A DNA stretch of 61,895 nucleotides, the filler included, from Choristocarpus tenellus KU-1152 (taxonomy: Eukaryota; Protista; Phaeophyceae), in NCBI GenBank assembly GCA_964200185.2. It is 12 parts of 12 records of this genome, joined end to end, with 100 filler letters (N's around TTAATTAATTAA, not from the genome) between each part and the next. Parts side by side here need not be neighbours in the genome. Positions count along the whole stretch, not along the records: positions 24,790 to 30,713 come from CAXNAD020009401.1; positions 30,814 to 35,133 come from CAXNAD020015132.1; positions 35,234 to 38,117 come from CAXNAD020023943.1; positions 38,218 to 42,416 come from CAXNAD020015734.1; 8 more parts are not named here. One strand, 5' to 3'. Positions 25,536 to 38,446 of this stretch are shown here, piece after piece (the stretch's first letter is position 1; every line of letters starts with the position of its first letter). Made by a program: the position numbers and the translations under genes. The notes under the pieces were generated by a model. It had not been told where the DNA came from. It saw nothing but the letters and a program-made list of their open reading frames with translations, and made no database searches.

Positions 25536-25569
25536 CTAACCCTAACCCTAACCCTAACCCTAACCTAAA
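25536..25569. repeat. Interstitial telomeric tract (CCCTAA)~5; other tracts at 1980, 2290, 4151, 4441, 39533 and 41883
   Basis: Direct reading. Confidence 0.9.
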
Positions 25570-25799
25570 TGATGTATTTTCCTACTCTTTGTTATATAAT
25601 ACTAAGGAGCAATACAGTAAAGTTTGAGTACTGTGCGCACTTCTACGTTAAGAGAGTTGAGGCACTATTCTTGTACAGCACCAATACTCACATTTTTAAA
25701 GTGCCTAATCTGCAGTACCCCAGAGCAGAGTTTACCTCTTGGCAACCCACATAGTGCACATTTACCCCAAAGAAATTTACTCATGTGGCGTATAGCTCA

Positions 25800-26070
25800 G
25801 AGTCAAAGTATCTTAGAGGGTAGGGTAGAGCCACATCTGTTTGGGGGCCAAAATTCAATGTTGCGATTTTGATGTAATTTTGGCTATCGTGTTTGTTAGG
25901 AAGTGTCAATATCCCTGTTCCAGACACACCTTTTCATAGCGTATACATTTCAACTACTCCAAAACACTTCGGAGTAGGAATATGTCAATAAAAGCCTTTG
26001 AAATGCCAAGTCCCAAACAAAAAAACAGCGCAAAACTCGCACCCTCTCTTAATAAGATACTTTCACACTC
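25800..26070. mobile_element. MITE family A (subtype A1), full length
   Basis: TIRs gagtcaaagtatcttagagggt / accctc...taagatactttcac; internal hairpin ctactccaaa...ttcggagtag. Confidence 0.9.
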
Positions 26071-26643
26071 AAGTCTATTATTATAAAGGTTTTCCCACTA
26101 GTAATTTGCTGAGGATAGACATTCCAACAGCTCTCTCGGCATTTTCAATGTGTTCATATTTCAATTCAATTTACACTTCCGAGGTAACATATCAGGCTTC
26201 AAAGAAAACAGCCTCAAGACCCCCCAAAGCAACAATGAGAAGATCTAGAGGACCCTGGGGTGCTCGAATGATGCACTCCCATACTCTAATGGAAATCGAG
26301 TTTGGTCTATAATATGGTAGAAAGTGATCAATGTGGACCTAATGTATTGCTATTAGGGAGACCAAATGCTCTGTAGTGCCACCGTGGCACTCTGTACTAC
26401 TATGCGGTTGCTTTGTAGAACTTTCATTAACTCTGGGTTACTGCAGGGTGTTGATGTCGCCATTGTAAGCCCTGCATGAGCAAAAAACTGAATATTTTAG
26501 CATTGAATCTGCATATCTCTTGACGAAATGAATATCTCCCTCTACGTTAAATTTGGATTAACTCTTCTGAAAAGGGGGGATCACAAATTGACCAGGATAG
26601 GTCAAATTGGCCATGATAAGTTCGAAGATATGACATTGCGCAC

Positions 26644-28613
26644 CGTGTCTCAGAACACGATGAAAATGGCACTGCTTGAGAAGGCAACGATTCATTCACC
26701 CAGTTGTATGACCCGGGACCAATGTCAGGACTGGTAGTTTGGCCAAGGCCATGCCTAATGAAGGTGTCATATTTTGCTGACTGCTGGGGGAGCGGCAGCA
26801 ACAGTGTTGCAGGAGCCCTGGTTGCGTCAAGCCCTGGTCCTATGTCATAGTATTCAGGGGAAACCTCTGAGTTGTGAACCTTGACCAAGGCACGGAGGAG
26901 ATGATGCAGTTAGACATGAATATGCTTGTGCTCAGAAGACGGAACAAGTTGTGACTCAGGGAATATACACATTACAACAAGTATGGACTCAACAAGACAA
27001 AGAAGGCACTTTTCTCTTCTAGATTATTGCAAATATGTTTTCTGGGCAGTAGTGATTTAGATGAGGGAGGGAATATCAGGAGACCATGGTCAAAGAAAGG
27101 GGAGTAACAAAGTGACACATATTTGCTTGTATATCCTGTCTGCTGTGCGTTAACATTCATTGGGCTGAGTAAAAGCATTTTAAGAGGGTAGGGCTGCATC
27201 CGTTTGGGGTTCAAAATCCAATGTTGCTGTTTTGATGTAATTTTGGCTATCGTATTTGTTAGGAAGTGTCAAAACCCTTGTTCCGACACACATTTCATAG
27301 TTGTATACATTTTAGGTAACTGTGTTCACATATAAAACCGAAAAAGGGCATAAAAAACCCGTAGGAAGCCAAGCCCTAAACGGACAAACAGAGCAAAACT
27401 CTTACCCTCCTAAATGCTTTGGGTCGACTGGTACGATGAACCACTTAACAAATCATTGATCCTGATCCAGAAGGACAAATCTTGGGAATGCTGTCTCAGC
27501 CATGAGTGTGTGGTATCATTGCCTGGTATTTAACCAAGAAGTACATCAAATGAATACCTCTTAAAGAAGGCCTTGATGCCGTTACAGAAAAGGCAGCATA
27601 CTTACACATGGGACTTGAATTATTCATGTGGGCGTACTTCTAACAAAACTTGCCAGTAGTGTGTGCTATAGTGATGAAGTTATTTTGCTCCCCTTGGTAC
27701 ACAGAAGTGGTGGGGGAGCTCAGGTCAGAAGAGATACATACCTTGCGGACGCTGCCACCCATAACCTCTGTATGTATTCCCTGTTGCGAAATACATGGGC
27801 CTACTACCTCCCCATTCCGTACCCGTTCACCAAGAGAGGCCTTGTGAGACGTGTGGGTGTCGTATATGCCGCTACTTATACGATCCATGATGGGGGTTCG
27901 AATGAAAGGCCTGAGTCCCATAAAGGTCAGACCCTCAGGATCTCCCACAGTTACGTCGTCCTCGTCAAGGCCCATCCACGAAGTTGTACACCGGGGCATA
28001 TTTGACCTCATTGCGCATACTGTACCTTTCGACTCCCGGACTGACCTGCTTAACCATACGCATGTCCCAACAGCAACAGACAACTCATTTGTGAAGGTTT
28101 GCTTCATTTTTTGCTTATAGTGATGGTGTTTGCGGTACAGCTTCATGCTGCTGAAATGAGCATGTGCTCTTCCCTTCTTTGCACCCACATGGATAGGCTA
28201 GAAGGCTGTCCTGTGCACGTGCGTTGAGGACTCCAGTCTTGTTTCTGGTGGCTACGATAGACTCTGGGTCCCCAATAAAAGCTCTTTGGCATCCCACTTG
28301 GTGTGTGGAAGCCGATTTGTGCATTGGTTTGTGCACTGGAACTGGACGACGGCCGTCCCGAAAGCTCATGTTTCCATGATCCTCCTCGGTCGAAACTTAT
28401 GCTTTCATTCCTGCTTATGATACGGTCGTGGCAGACCCCTGCTGCAGACTTCCTTGATGAAGTTGTGGAGCACGGTAAATCGACATACTCGAGAGAATCC
28501 CACTTTGACGGAGGCGTCGACGATGGTCGAAGTAGGAATCCATCTCGCCCGCTGTGCAGCAGCGCAATGCTTTTGCTCATTTCAATCTCATGAGTACTAC
28601 CTCTATACTGCAT
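26644..28613 (-). CDS. Candidate SHIPPO/PG-rich repeat (axonemal-type) protein, possibly a pseudogene
   Basis: Clean phase-0 intron 27741-26880 joins GGSVRK|VHNSEV; motifs YWGPRVY, YYDIGPG and TTSPDIGPGSYN; an unexplained frame change lies near 28200. Confidence 0.45.
27167..27425. mobile_element. MITE family A (subtype A2), full length
   Basis: gagtaaaagcattttaagagggt ... accctcctaaatgctttgggtc; flanks ggct/gact. Confidence 0.88.
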
Positions 28614-29011
28614 GTACTACAAACAGCAGTAGTATACAGTGACAGTTTGCTGTAAGAACCGCATAGTGCTGCTTTGAATTTTGGTGTATAGCTGCCAGCC
28701 AATCGTTGTAGTAATGGAATAGTCGACATGATAGTCCACCATTTTCGTTCTGTCATTCGCCATCGTTGTTTCCCTTGTTGTGACAGTTTTAAGTTTTTTA
28801 CGTTTCATACTATCGTAACACTGTACCGTTGTCTCTTCGGTGGAGGCACTTGCTTGTCCGACGCACAGTTGAAATTACGGTTTAGTGCGTAAGTGAGCTA
28901 AGGAAAAAGGCGGCAAGATAAAATTTTGCTCGAGTACAACCACCGACTCTTGACATTGGAACCCTACGCAGTAAGAAGTGAGTTACAAGACACTAGGGGA
29001 AACCAGGGGAA

Positions 29012-30713
29012 ATGACATCGGCTACTCAGTGCCAAGATCTACAGCAAGTGGGCACGCAAGGTGCCTCTCGGTCACATCGGCGCATCCCCAGCTTCAAGTT
29101 AAACGACGACAAAAATGTTTGCACGAAGAGATTCAAGAAGCGAGTCCCAAGCTTCCGTGTAGCGAATTCGGTTCCCCTTAGCGAGTCGGTTGATGACATC
29201 GAGGTGCAGGAGAGGTGGGAAGAACGGCGGGCGTGTTTCGCCCTTAACAACTACCTGGACCAACTCGTCGATTGCTCAGTGTTCGAGGTCGAGGATGACA
29301 TGTCCCACAGGTCAAGCTTTGCATCGAAGGAACATCCTCCTTCTGGGGACTCCTTTGATAGATCGAATTCTCCTCCCTTCCTTGGGGAGATGGACGATGA
29401 AATGTTTCAGGATAGCTACTTCTGGGACGGGGAAGAAGATCTGCCATACACGGAGGGAGGAAAAGAACTCCCACGGGAGCCTTCCTTTAAGTCATGCTGT
29501 AGAGAGGATGTGATTGCTCTGAGTCTAGGCGATCGTATGGGGAATACCAAGAAGCAAGGTCGCAGGCCTTCGACTGAAGGTGCCCCCCTGGACCCAGAGA
29601 AGAGACTTCCCTCCTTCTCCATACCAATGGAGGACCTTATAAAACTCGAGTATGGCGAGGAGAAACTCACTAGTGATGATGAAGAAGCCAAGTTATTTGA
29701 GTGTAGCAACCCCCACCTCACCCCTGCTGTTGGAGGAACCAGGCGCATCGACGACTTCTCTGTGGGGTTCAATAGCGACATAAACTCCTACCAAGACCAG
29801 AAATATTTCGACACAGTTACCTCTATTGACACTACGTCAACCTCACTCAAAGCAGACACTGCATTCATCTCTAGGGGCCTGTCGAAGCGTGGGATTACTA
29901 CAAAGGTTGATTCCTGCAAAATGGTCGGAAAGAGCAACTTTGCAGTCCGCAGTCATGAGAGCAAGCAAAGGTCCATTGAAAAGGACACATCATCATCATG
30001 GGGGAAGGGGGAGGGCAATATTGAGAAATGTGTGAGAAAGGGCACCGTGTGGTCCAAGCGCCAGACAAGTGAGGAAGTCGCACGAAGGCTGCCAGTTGTA
30101 GTGCTTGAGAAGTACTACCACATACCTCTCAATCTTGCTGCACGGGAGCTCAATGTCAGCCTGACCATGTTGAAGAAGCTCTGTCGCCAGTATGGTGTGA
30201 AGCGGTGGCCCCACCGCCAGGTCAGTAGCCTCAACAAGACCATTACTCGTCTTGAGGGGAGAATAGCCTCGCGTCAAGATCGAGGGGACATCCCTCCTCT
30301 TCAGAGGAAACTAAAGCAAGTGTGCAACAAGCGAGACATCATCATTAAGACCGCAAGCAAGGGCCTTGAGCCCCGCCTACTCAACCAGATCTTTACATGC
30401 CACCCCGACGAACTAGATGGGGAGGCGATCCTACGCAGCAATGGGGACATATCTTGCTTCAAGTTCCTGATGCCCAAGACATGTGTAAGCAGTGATAGTG
30501 ATGAGGGAGGGCAAGCAGAAAACAGAAGTGATGAGGATGGGGAGGAGGATGATGGGGAGGAAGGTGTGGCAGGAGAGGAGATTGGAGAGGGGAGGGGAGA
30601 GGGGGAGGAAGGTATAGGGAAGGAAGAGGAGGGGGGGGGGCAGGAGGGGGAGGAGGGGGAGGAGGAGGGGGGGGGGGGGGGGGGGGAGGGGGGGGAGGAG
30701 GAGGAGGGCCAGG
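29012..30713 (+). CDS. RWP-RK domain transcription factor, 3'-truncated at the spacer
   Basis: Uninterrupted ORF with LEKYYHIPLNLAARELNVSLTMLKKLCRQYGVKRWPHRQVSSL (~30089-30240) and an acidic Glu/Gly tail. Confidence 0.93.
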
Positions 30714-31874
30714 NNNNNNNNNNNNNNNNNNNNNNNNNNNNNNNNNNNNNNNNNNNNTTAATTAATTAANNNNNNNNNNNNNNNNNNNNNNNNNNNNNNN
30801 NNNNNNNNNNNNNCGAAAGTGGAGGCTGCCCCCCCCCCCCCCCCCCAGATATTCGAGCCAAATAGAAGGGTTGACTGAGTAGGGACCATTTCAGGGGAAA
30901 AAAACCTTGTTGTCTGAATGCCATGCATGCATTAGTGTATATAGGCTATGCTATTGGCCTAGCCGAAGTGCTTGCTTTTTGTATTATGCATGTCGGCTTA
31001 ACCCTGAACACTGCCATCACTTTGAGTATTTCTTGAAACACCCCACGAGCACTGATTGCAAAACTGTTGAGATATTGTATTGTGACGAAAAATCAATGTA
31101 TATCATAGAGTAGTAGCGTGTGCTGCACGTTAGTCCTTCAACTGGCGTAGAAAAAAAAAGAGGTCCTGAAGGATAGGGTTCGAATGACACATATCTGTGA
31201 GGCTCATTGCCCTCCTCTTGCTTTGCAGTACCTTTTTCTTTGCAGTACCTTTTTCTAGCACCACCAGTCCTTAAACGAAACTTCCATTTACGCTTACCTG
31301 TTGTGCTCCCTCTCAGAATGATTGTACGCTCTTGAAGGGGGCCTTCACCTGGAAGGCAGCAGTAGATGCTGTTAAGAGAGTTTGTGTGCTCGGGAGAGAT
31401 CAGGATGCAGTCAGGGCCCAGTGTATCTTGAACGGTCAGGTAGGTGATGAGACCCTACACGTAGATGCAGGGGGACATATTTGCAACTGCTTCTGCTTAT
31501 CCTTAGAGAGGGGATAGGGTAGAGTGTGCTTGTAGTTTTGGCAAGGATTTCTACTTGGAGACTCACTCCCTCTTGCTCTTGGACTTGTCTATGTGCTGGT
31601 TCCGTCCTCAATCAGACCCAGTTGATAGCATGTTCACATGTCCCAGGGGGAAGGTAATCATGTCTTGGTCTCATCAATATTCCACTACTTAGGCGCTTCT
31701 CCACCGTCACACACCACTACTTAGAATTTCTACCAATCTATGTCTTCCTCGACTCCTTGAACTGATCCTGACGTTTTGTGTGTAAGCCTAATGACTTTGG
31801 TAACCACTGGATTTGAAAAAATTGCTTTATTCATTGTGCCAGAAATGTCTCAGATGTACAAAAACCCTTGAATC

Positions 31875-31915
<41 letters not shown>

Positions 31916-32470
31916 CTGGGGGTGTTGTGTTTACCGGTGATTGACCAAGGAATTATATGCTTGTCTTCCTCTACATTGCCTACTTGAGAGATCAAACACT
32001 TGATCAACACTATAGTACATCTCATTGCCGTGGAATGAAAATAAGTGTGTGAGAGGGAATGGTAGGTTTTGCAGCAAACTGTTAAATCTTCTCCATTGGA
32101 CCCGTGGTGAATATGGTGTGGTGGTACATGGTGGTGCAACTTTGGTTTGGAACCTATGTACCCTGGAGCATCAGGTATTACAAGTGGTCCCCATGGTCTC
32201 AATTCCACCCAAAGATCATGGTCAAGGAGGAGGCAGTGAGATGCAGAGGTGTGCACTAGCATGTGGGATCTGCTACCTCCTCATGGGTGACCCAAGTCTT
32301 ACGCTGCTCCTCGTATGTTATCCAACGAATGAATCTCAAATACTTCGGAGTAGAATAATACTCCAGAGAGTAATACAAAATTTATTGGGTTCATCATGTG
32401 GTACATCAACGAAGTATCCAGTACTAGGCCCCATCAGTAGATCCCTGGGTACAACCGCATGACTGGGTCT

Positions 32471-32584
32471 GAGTCAAAGTACGTGAGAGGTACCCATTTT
32501 TTGCCCGTTTTGCATTTTTAAGCCAGTTTTTCAATCCTACGCGATTTGCCAATATTTCTATGGGTGAAGTGCTAAGTTTGACTT
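32471..32584. mobile_element. Short degenerate relative of MITE family A
   Basis: gagtcaaagtacgtgagagg ... aagtttgactt. Confidence 0.45.
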
Positions 32585-32878
32585 GAGAGCATTGATTCAT
32601 CTATTATTCGAGGCTTTTCAAACAGAATCCAGAAAATATCCTACTACATGCATTTGTAAAAAAAAGCCAAGCGTTGGACATATTTGTCAGCATCCCTGAA
32701 ATGCTACTCTGGGTTCCTCTCGCTAGTTTTTTTACTCTCCACCTATCACTCTCTATCATACCTACCAGTGGTGCTTTAGAGTATGAGCGGCACACACTAT
32801 GGATACAAGCAACTTCTCAACTTCAAATTGGGAGGCATACAAGGACCCTGCTGGCCCCATGGCAGCCTAGATTGCTTT

Positions 32879-33133
32879 GAGTGAAAGTGTCTTAGAGGGT
32901 ACGAGTTTTGCCCTGTTTGTCCGTTTGGGGCATGGCTTCCCACGTTTTTTGTTTTACATTTACCTACTCCGAAAGGTTTCGGAGGAGGTAAAATGTATAC
33001 ATTTTTGAGTGGTATCGTGTATATGTCCGGAACAAGGATATTTGACACTTCCTAACAAACACATCAAAATTGCAACATTGGATTTTGGCCCCCCAAATGG
33101 ACGCGGCTCTACCCTCTAAGGTACTTTTATCTC
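32879..33133. mobile_element. MITE family A (A1), full length, opposite orientation to the 25800 copy
   Basis: gagtgaaagtgtcttagagggt ... accctctaaggtacttttatctc. Confidence 0.9.
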
Positions 33134-33537
33134 TTCTACGAACTGACATGCATATTGGATTCCTCCAGGAACAGCTTGAAGTTACATGCTCGTTCATCAC
33201 CTTCTCTCCAGTTCACCAGTCCTTGCGTGTAATATCTCATATATACCCAATCACACGCCAGGGTATATGCTAGAGCAGGCGCTGCTTTGCAGCACATACT
33301 TTATTCCCGCTGTGCACGAAAAGGTACATCTTAAACAGACAGAAGCAGGATACTCTGTTAGCCCTACTACTCTTTTTTTCATGGATAGATATATCCCCCA
33401 ACTCATTCTTGTAACTACCTTCACTTCATTAGCTAGGTTCCTAACCTATCATTACTATTAGTAATAGTGCGTGTCTTGTTGTGAGTACATACAGCAGTTG
33501 CACTAGCATTTGTATCATTGTCCTATTGTTATTGCAG

Positions 33538-35073
33538 GGAGGAGTAGTGCTTTTTTGTCAAGCAAAGACCTCTTTTTCGGGGTGAGATATGGAGCGCCTT
33601 TTTCCCACTGGCTTTATTCAGACCCGCGATTACGTGGTCCCACAAATGAACTCGCAGTGGGTAGGTATGTAGGTGAGTAGGTAGGTGTTGTTGTTACTCC
33701 CTACATCGCGAGACTGTGAGCTGGACAATCTTGTTACATTTCCATTATTATAATACTTTTCATGAACATTCAAATTGTCTTTGCTTTATTTATTATTATT
33801 ACTATTTTTATATATCTCTCTTTTAGTAACTGCAGAGATACCAGGAAAGGAGGATGATATGACAACACAGACAGGTAGAAGGGAGTGGGGTGTGTGTGAC
33901 ATCAGCTATAGATATCCACCGCTATTTCGACATGGGTCGATTGGCCCTGCTTTCAGTCTTCAGCCTTCGTTACCACCCTCTCTGACAATGTTAGTTTTTT
34001 GTTGTAGGATTCTTGACGTCACCTGGGCATATGTCAGGCGGTGCAGTCAAGACTTGTATGAGAAACTGTTACAATCTCACCGTGGTGAGAAAGGCATAAG
34101 ATGCTTTACTCCTGCCATCATAATTAACTCTCTCTCTCTCTCTCTCTTCCCCTCCCCTCTCTCTCTTGGGGACAAGGAATCGATATTGCCCTATTCGAAC
34201 ATTATTATAAACAAAAGAGGTAGTAGTATTCACTTGCTCTCCTTATCTGCACCCTGGCATCCTAACATGATGAAAAACAAACCTGACTAGGAGGCTCAAG
34301 ACCTGACGGGTGGTTTTTCCAAAGAGGAATGTTTGTCTGCACTTCAGCCATCCAAGCACACTGTGAGACCACCTTCAAATACCCGAAACCGGAGCTTGTT
34401 CCCCTTCAGCAGCATGCAAGGCAGTTCAGGAAAGTGTGTCCCAGGGCACGCATTGAATGCAACTCAGGGAAAGGATGGCCGTGGGAGAGGGAAGGACCCA
34501 GTCGAGGGCAAAGGTTTTGGTGAGAATGCAGACGAATTGAGAGAGGGCACGGCAGGGGGAGGATGGGAAGAAAGGGAGATGACCAAAGAGGCTGCTTTTC
34601 TAGAGGTGAGACGATTTACAGACGTAGAAGGGGGTGGTGCTACCATGCTTTGGGTTGATGGAGCCTGTACCTGTTTCGTGAAACACTGAGCCTGGAGTGC
34701 TTGGATGGGAATGGTTGAGGGCAGATATGAACACTCCAGTCCGACAAGGTACCCACCTCTCATTGAACCAAGAGCTGGAGTCACTGTTTGATACCGCAGG
34801 AACTGAATGGTATCATTGTCGCAAGTAGTCATGGAACTCTTTGGGACACTATTTTTATCCCCAAAACACGTATTTTCCTTGTTTTTTACCGACAGTGTTG
34901 ATGGTGCTCTCCCCCACCTTCACTTTGCATACGGGCTCCTCTGATCACAACAGGTCTCGAAGGTGGCATGCAGGGGAAAGGGTATGATGTTCCCAGAGTT
35001 TGTGGAGGCATTAGTTCGTCTGTGCCTTGCTCGGTACACCCCACGGGTGCAAGAGGAGGCACCTCACAGCAAG
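33538..35073 (+). CDS. Hypothetical multi-exon protein, internal exons (33538-33660, 34008-34084, 34291-34605, 34954-~35073)
   Basis: Phase-consistent GT-AG junctions; the last exon has the helical motif MFPEFVEALVRL. Confidence 0.5.
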
Positions 35074-36156
35074 GTCTCACCCCCCCCCCTCCAGACTATA
35101 AAGTTCACATTGTTTGTAGAGGTACCAGAGAACNNNNNNNNNNNNNNNNNNNNNNNNNNNNNNNNNNNNNNNNNNNNTTAATTAATTAANNNNNNNNNNN
35201 NNNNNNNNNNNNNNNNNNNNNNNNNNNNNNNNNGTGTTCGTTCTTCTTTGTCGATTTGGTTGGTTAGTTTTTTGGTGGATGTGACCTATCTATTCCTTTC
35301 TTGTACAAACCACATCACCCTTGAATAAATATTTATAACTAGTGGAAGAAGACGTATGTATGTGTGTATTGTATAATACAATATGTAGTGTACCATATAT
35401 ATAAGCATGTCAAACCGTTACCGGCTCCCCCCCCGGGGGGCCCATCTGTCCTTGTACCTTTGGCTTGGTCGAGGTTACTTCCAAATCGTAGTGGTGCCCT
35501 CCACAATCACCGAAATATTTTTGACCAAAAATATATCCCATTCGTAGCGGGGCCCTTCAAACGTGCCGCAACATTTACAAAAAAAACATATGTGCACTTT
35601 CCGCACACCATTGCGGGTCTCGCTCATCCTCCATAAAAAGCTCCATCCTCAATTTTGGTGATCGGCTGTTAATTGCTGCTACTAATGTAGTGGAGGGTTT
35701 TGGGGTGCCAGTCAAGCCTCACCATGCTAAAGCAGAAAATATCTAGGTACATTGTCTGCAGGTACGTACTCAAGCGAACCACCATGACGAAAAGAAGAAA
35801 TGATGTGAAGATATCATTTGTTTTACGTGAAATACGGGATTTTGTTATGGCAGTGTGGGTCGTTGAAGCCTGGAGTGGGATTTCCTAGGGGAAGAGAATT
35901 GGGGCGTTGAGCCATGCAAGATGGAACTGAAACTGGATATTCTCGTCAGTACCGTAGTGTATCGCTGGTGGGGACCTTGTTGAAAAGACGCCTAATATTG
36001 CACCGTGTCATGTACGTGATCACGGTCTGTTGGGATTTGTTTTGCTGATAGAGAACACACTATGTTATTTTCTTACTGTACCAAGCCCACTTTGTTGCAG
36101 AGGTGACTGGTGCATCAAAATATATGTGATGAAGTTGTTGTAGATGTCAAACGGAC

Positions 36157-36346
36157 AACAAGATGTTGTGTTCCTATTCCGAAAAAAGTCAATGCTAAGG
36201 AAATCAAAACAATGATCTTCTTTCTGAAAAGACTTGTTCCAGTTCTCAAAAAACAAGATGTTGTGTTCCTATTCCGAAAAAAGTCAATGCTAAGGAAATC
36301 AAAACAATGATCTTCTTTCTGAAAAGACTTGTTCCAGTTCTCAAAA
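36157..36346. repeat. Perfect 95-bp tandem duplication inside a dispersed repeat
   Basis: aacaagatgttgtgttcctattccg...gttccagttctcaaaa at 36157-36251 and 36252-36346. Confidence 0.95.
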
Positions 36347-36975
36347 ACCTTCTCGTCCACTAAATTCACTATCTTCTCTATATATTAATGCTGCCAAAGT
36401 GTTTAGAAGTGTTGATAATAATACTTGGTCATTATTCTCATATTTAGTCTTTTACCTCCATCACCAACAAACATACCACCAGAGAATAGAGCCTTACTAC
36501 GCCAGAATTTAGAGGCGTTTGGGAAGACTAGGTCAACTCTATTCCACGCCTGCCTATACAGTATAACATTGCTGCTGCTGTGGTGACTGGTGGATCAGAA
36601 GAGATTTAATGCTGGAATGAGGAAGGTGGGTCAGACTGGAAGTGGACCGAGGTATATAGTTCATTGTTCAACCTCCGTCAGAAAAACACTTTCCAAAGTT
36701 AGAGGTAGTAAGTGTTTTGTGAAGACGTTTGTCTAGATGCCAAATGGGCAAAAATTATTGTGTTCCTCCTACGAAACAAAATGCTCAAAACCTAGAACAA
36801 TTGAAATATTCCCGAAAAGATCGCCATTCCAAAACGAAAACACCAGTTCCAGTTCTTGACTTCGTTCTTTACTCTCTACAATATAAATGTCATCAGCTAT
36901 TTTTCATAATTTGAAATAGTTAAGAAACGCTTGACCACTACTAATCTCATGTTCAGTACTTTTAATCACACTAGA

Positions 36976-37149
36976 GACCCCAAGTATTTGTGTGGGGGGG
37001 GGTCTACACCAGGGTATCCATTTGGGGCATTACCAGAAAAAGTGCACTTACACTATCCATCCGACGTATGCAACCAAATCACACAAAATGGCGACATGAA
37101 AAATTGACCCCAAATGGACAGCCACCACCCCTCCCAGATACTTTGAGCC
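36976..37149. mobile_element. MITE family B, full length
   Basis: Its reverse complement aligns end to end with 58930-59102. Confidence 0.9.
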
Positions 37150-38217
37150 AGAGTTCACCTTGGACATAATGGATGAACACACCACCATAATGCATGCCTC
37201 TTTCTGTAATGAAGCACATTTAGAATCATATCTAAATTCTTTTAGTATCTTCAATATTTTAATGATCCATTTAGTGGACAAGAGCTTTCTGAAGAAGTGG
37301 AACAAGTCTTTCCTCCCTAGATGCGGTCTTTTCGGAAAGATATCAGTGTGTTGATTTCAATAGCATTGAGTTTTTTTCGGAATAAGAGCACAACACCTTG
37401 TTGACCGTTTGGTACCTAGAATAATGTTGATCACGGATATTCTGACGCAGCAGTCACCCCATTAAAGAAGTATGACAGGTATAGTAGGCCGACAATATAG
37501 TATTCTATATCGGCAACACAATGACAATAAACTGTGCTCACGCGCGCGACGCAGTGTGAGATTAGGCGTCTTTTCAACAAGGTCCCCACGAAGGATAAAG
37601 TACGGTTTGCATGACATAATCCCTTTTCAGTTACATCTCGCAGACCAACCGCCAAAGATCATCTATCTCTACGAAATCTCACTTGGAATTTCAACAATTA
37701 ATTCACTCTATAAAAAAAAAATGCTTTGTTGCGAGTGAGGAGATTGGAATCAGGCTCCTTGCTGGTCAAGGTACGTAAGAAAACATACCTTCAGGACAAC
37801 CAAGAGAGCACAAAAATATTATTACCACTAATACAACAAACTACTTCGAAGCACATATACATTTCGTGGTTCTTCCCCGAAGAGGAGAAACAGATACTAC
37901 TACCACTCCCAATATTTAATCATATTATTAGTCATTGGGTTAAGGCGGGGTCTAAGCGGGGTTGTTTCTTGTGAAATGTGGAGATGTACGAAATTTTCTT
38001 AGATCAAATGAGAACGTATGATATGGGTCAAAGTATCTGGGGGGGGGGGGGGGGTGGGGGGGGGGGCCCCGTTCTGGCCAAAAACCCTTTTTTTTTCTGA
38101 CATTTCAAATCCGACACNNNNNNNNNNNNNNNNNNNNNNNNNNNNNNNNNNNNNNNNNNNNTTAATTAATTAANNNNNNNNNNNNNNNNNNNNNNNNNNN
38201 NNNNNNNNNNNNNNNNN

Positions 38218-38415
38218 AATGAACATTTATCAATAACACTTATCAATACCTCAACAGAGACAAAAAATACATTCATCAACCCACACAATACACAAACCAC
38301 TGCCGTAACCATTACTAACCCCTTCCAAGCACACTCTCAATAAACACTTATCAATGAACATTTATCAATAACACTTATCAATACCTCAACAGAGACAAAA
38401 AATACATTCATCAAC
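38218..38415. repeat. 63-bp direct repeat (38218-38280, 38353-38415)
   Basis: aatgaacatttatcaataac...tacattcatcaac occurs twice. Confidence 0.9.
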
Positions 38416-38446
38416 ACAGACTACACCCCCACACCATCTCACTCAC

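Noticed and set aside
25536-25569. True chromosome end
   Set aside because: Tracts are only 2-5 units long and are flanked by unique sequence on both sides.
31298-31768. Minus-strand exon bounded by AG and GTAAG
   Set aside because: No frame is open across it and no product is recognisable.
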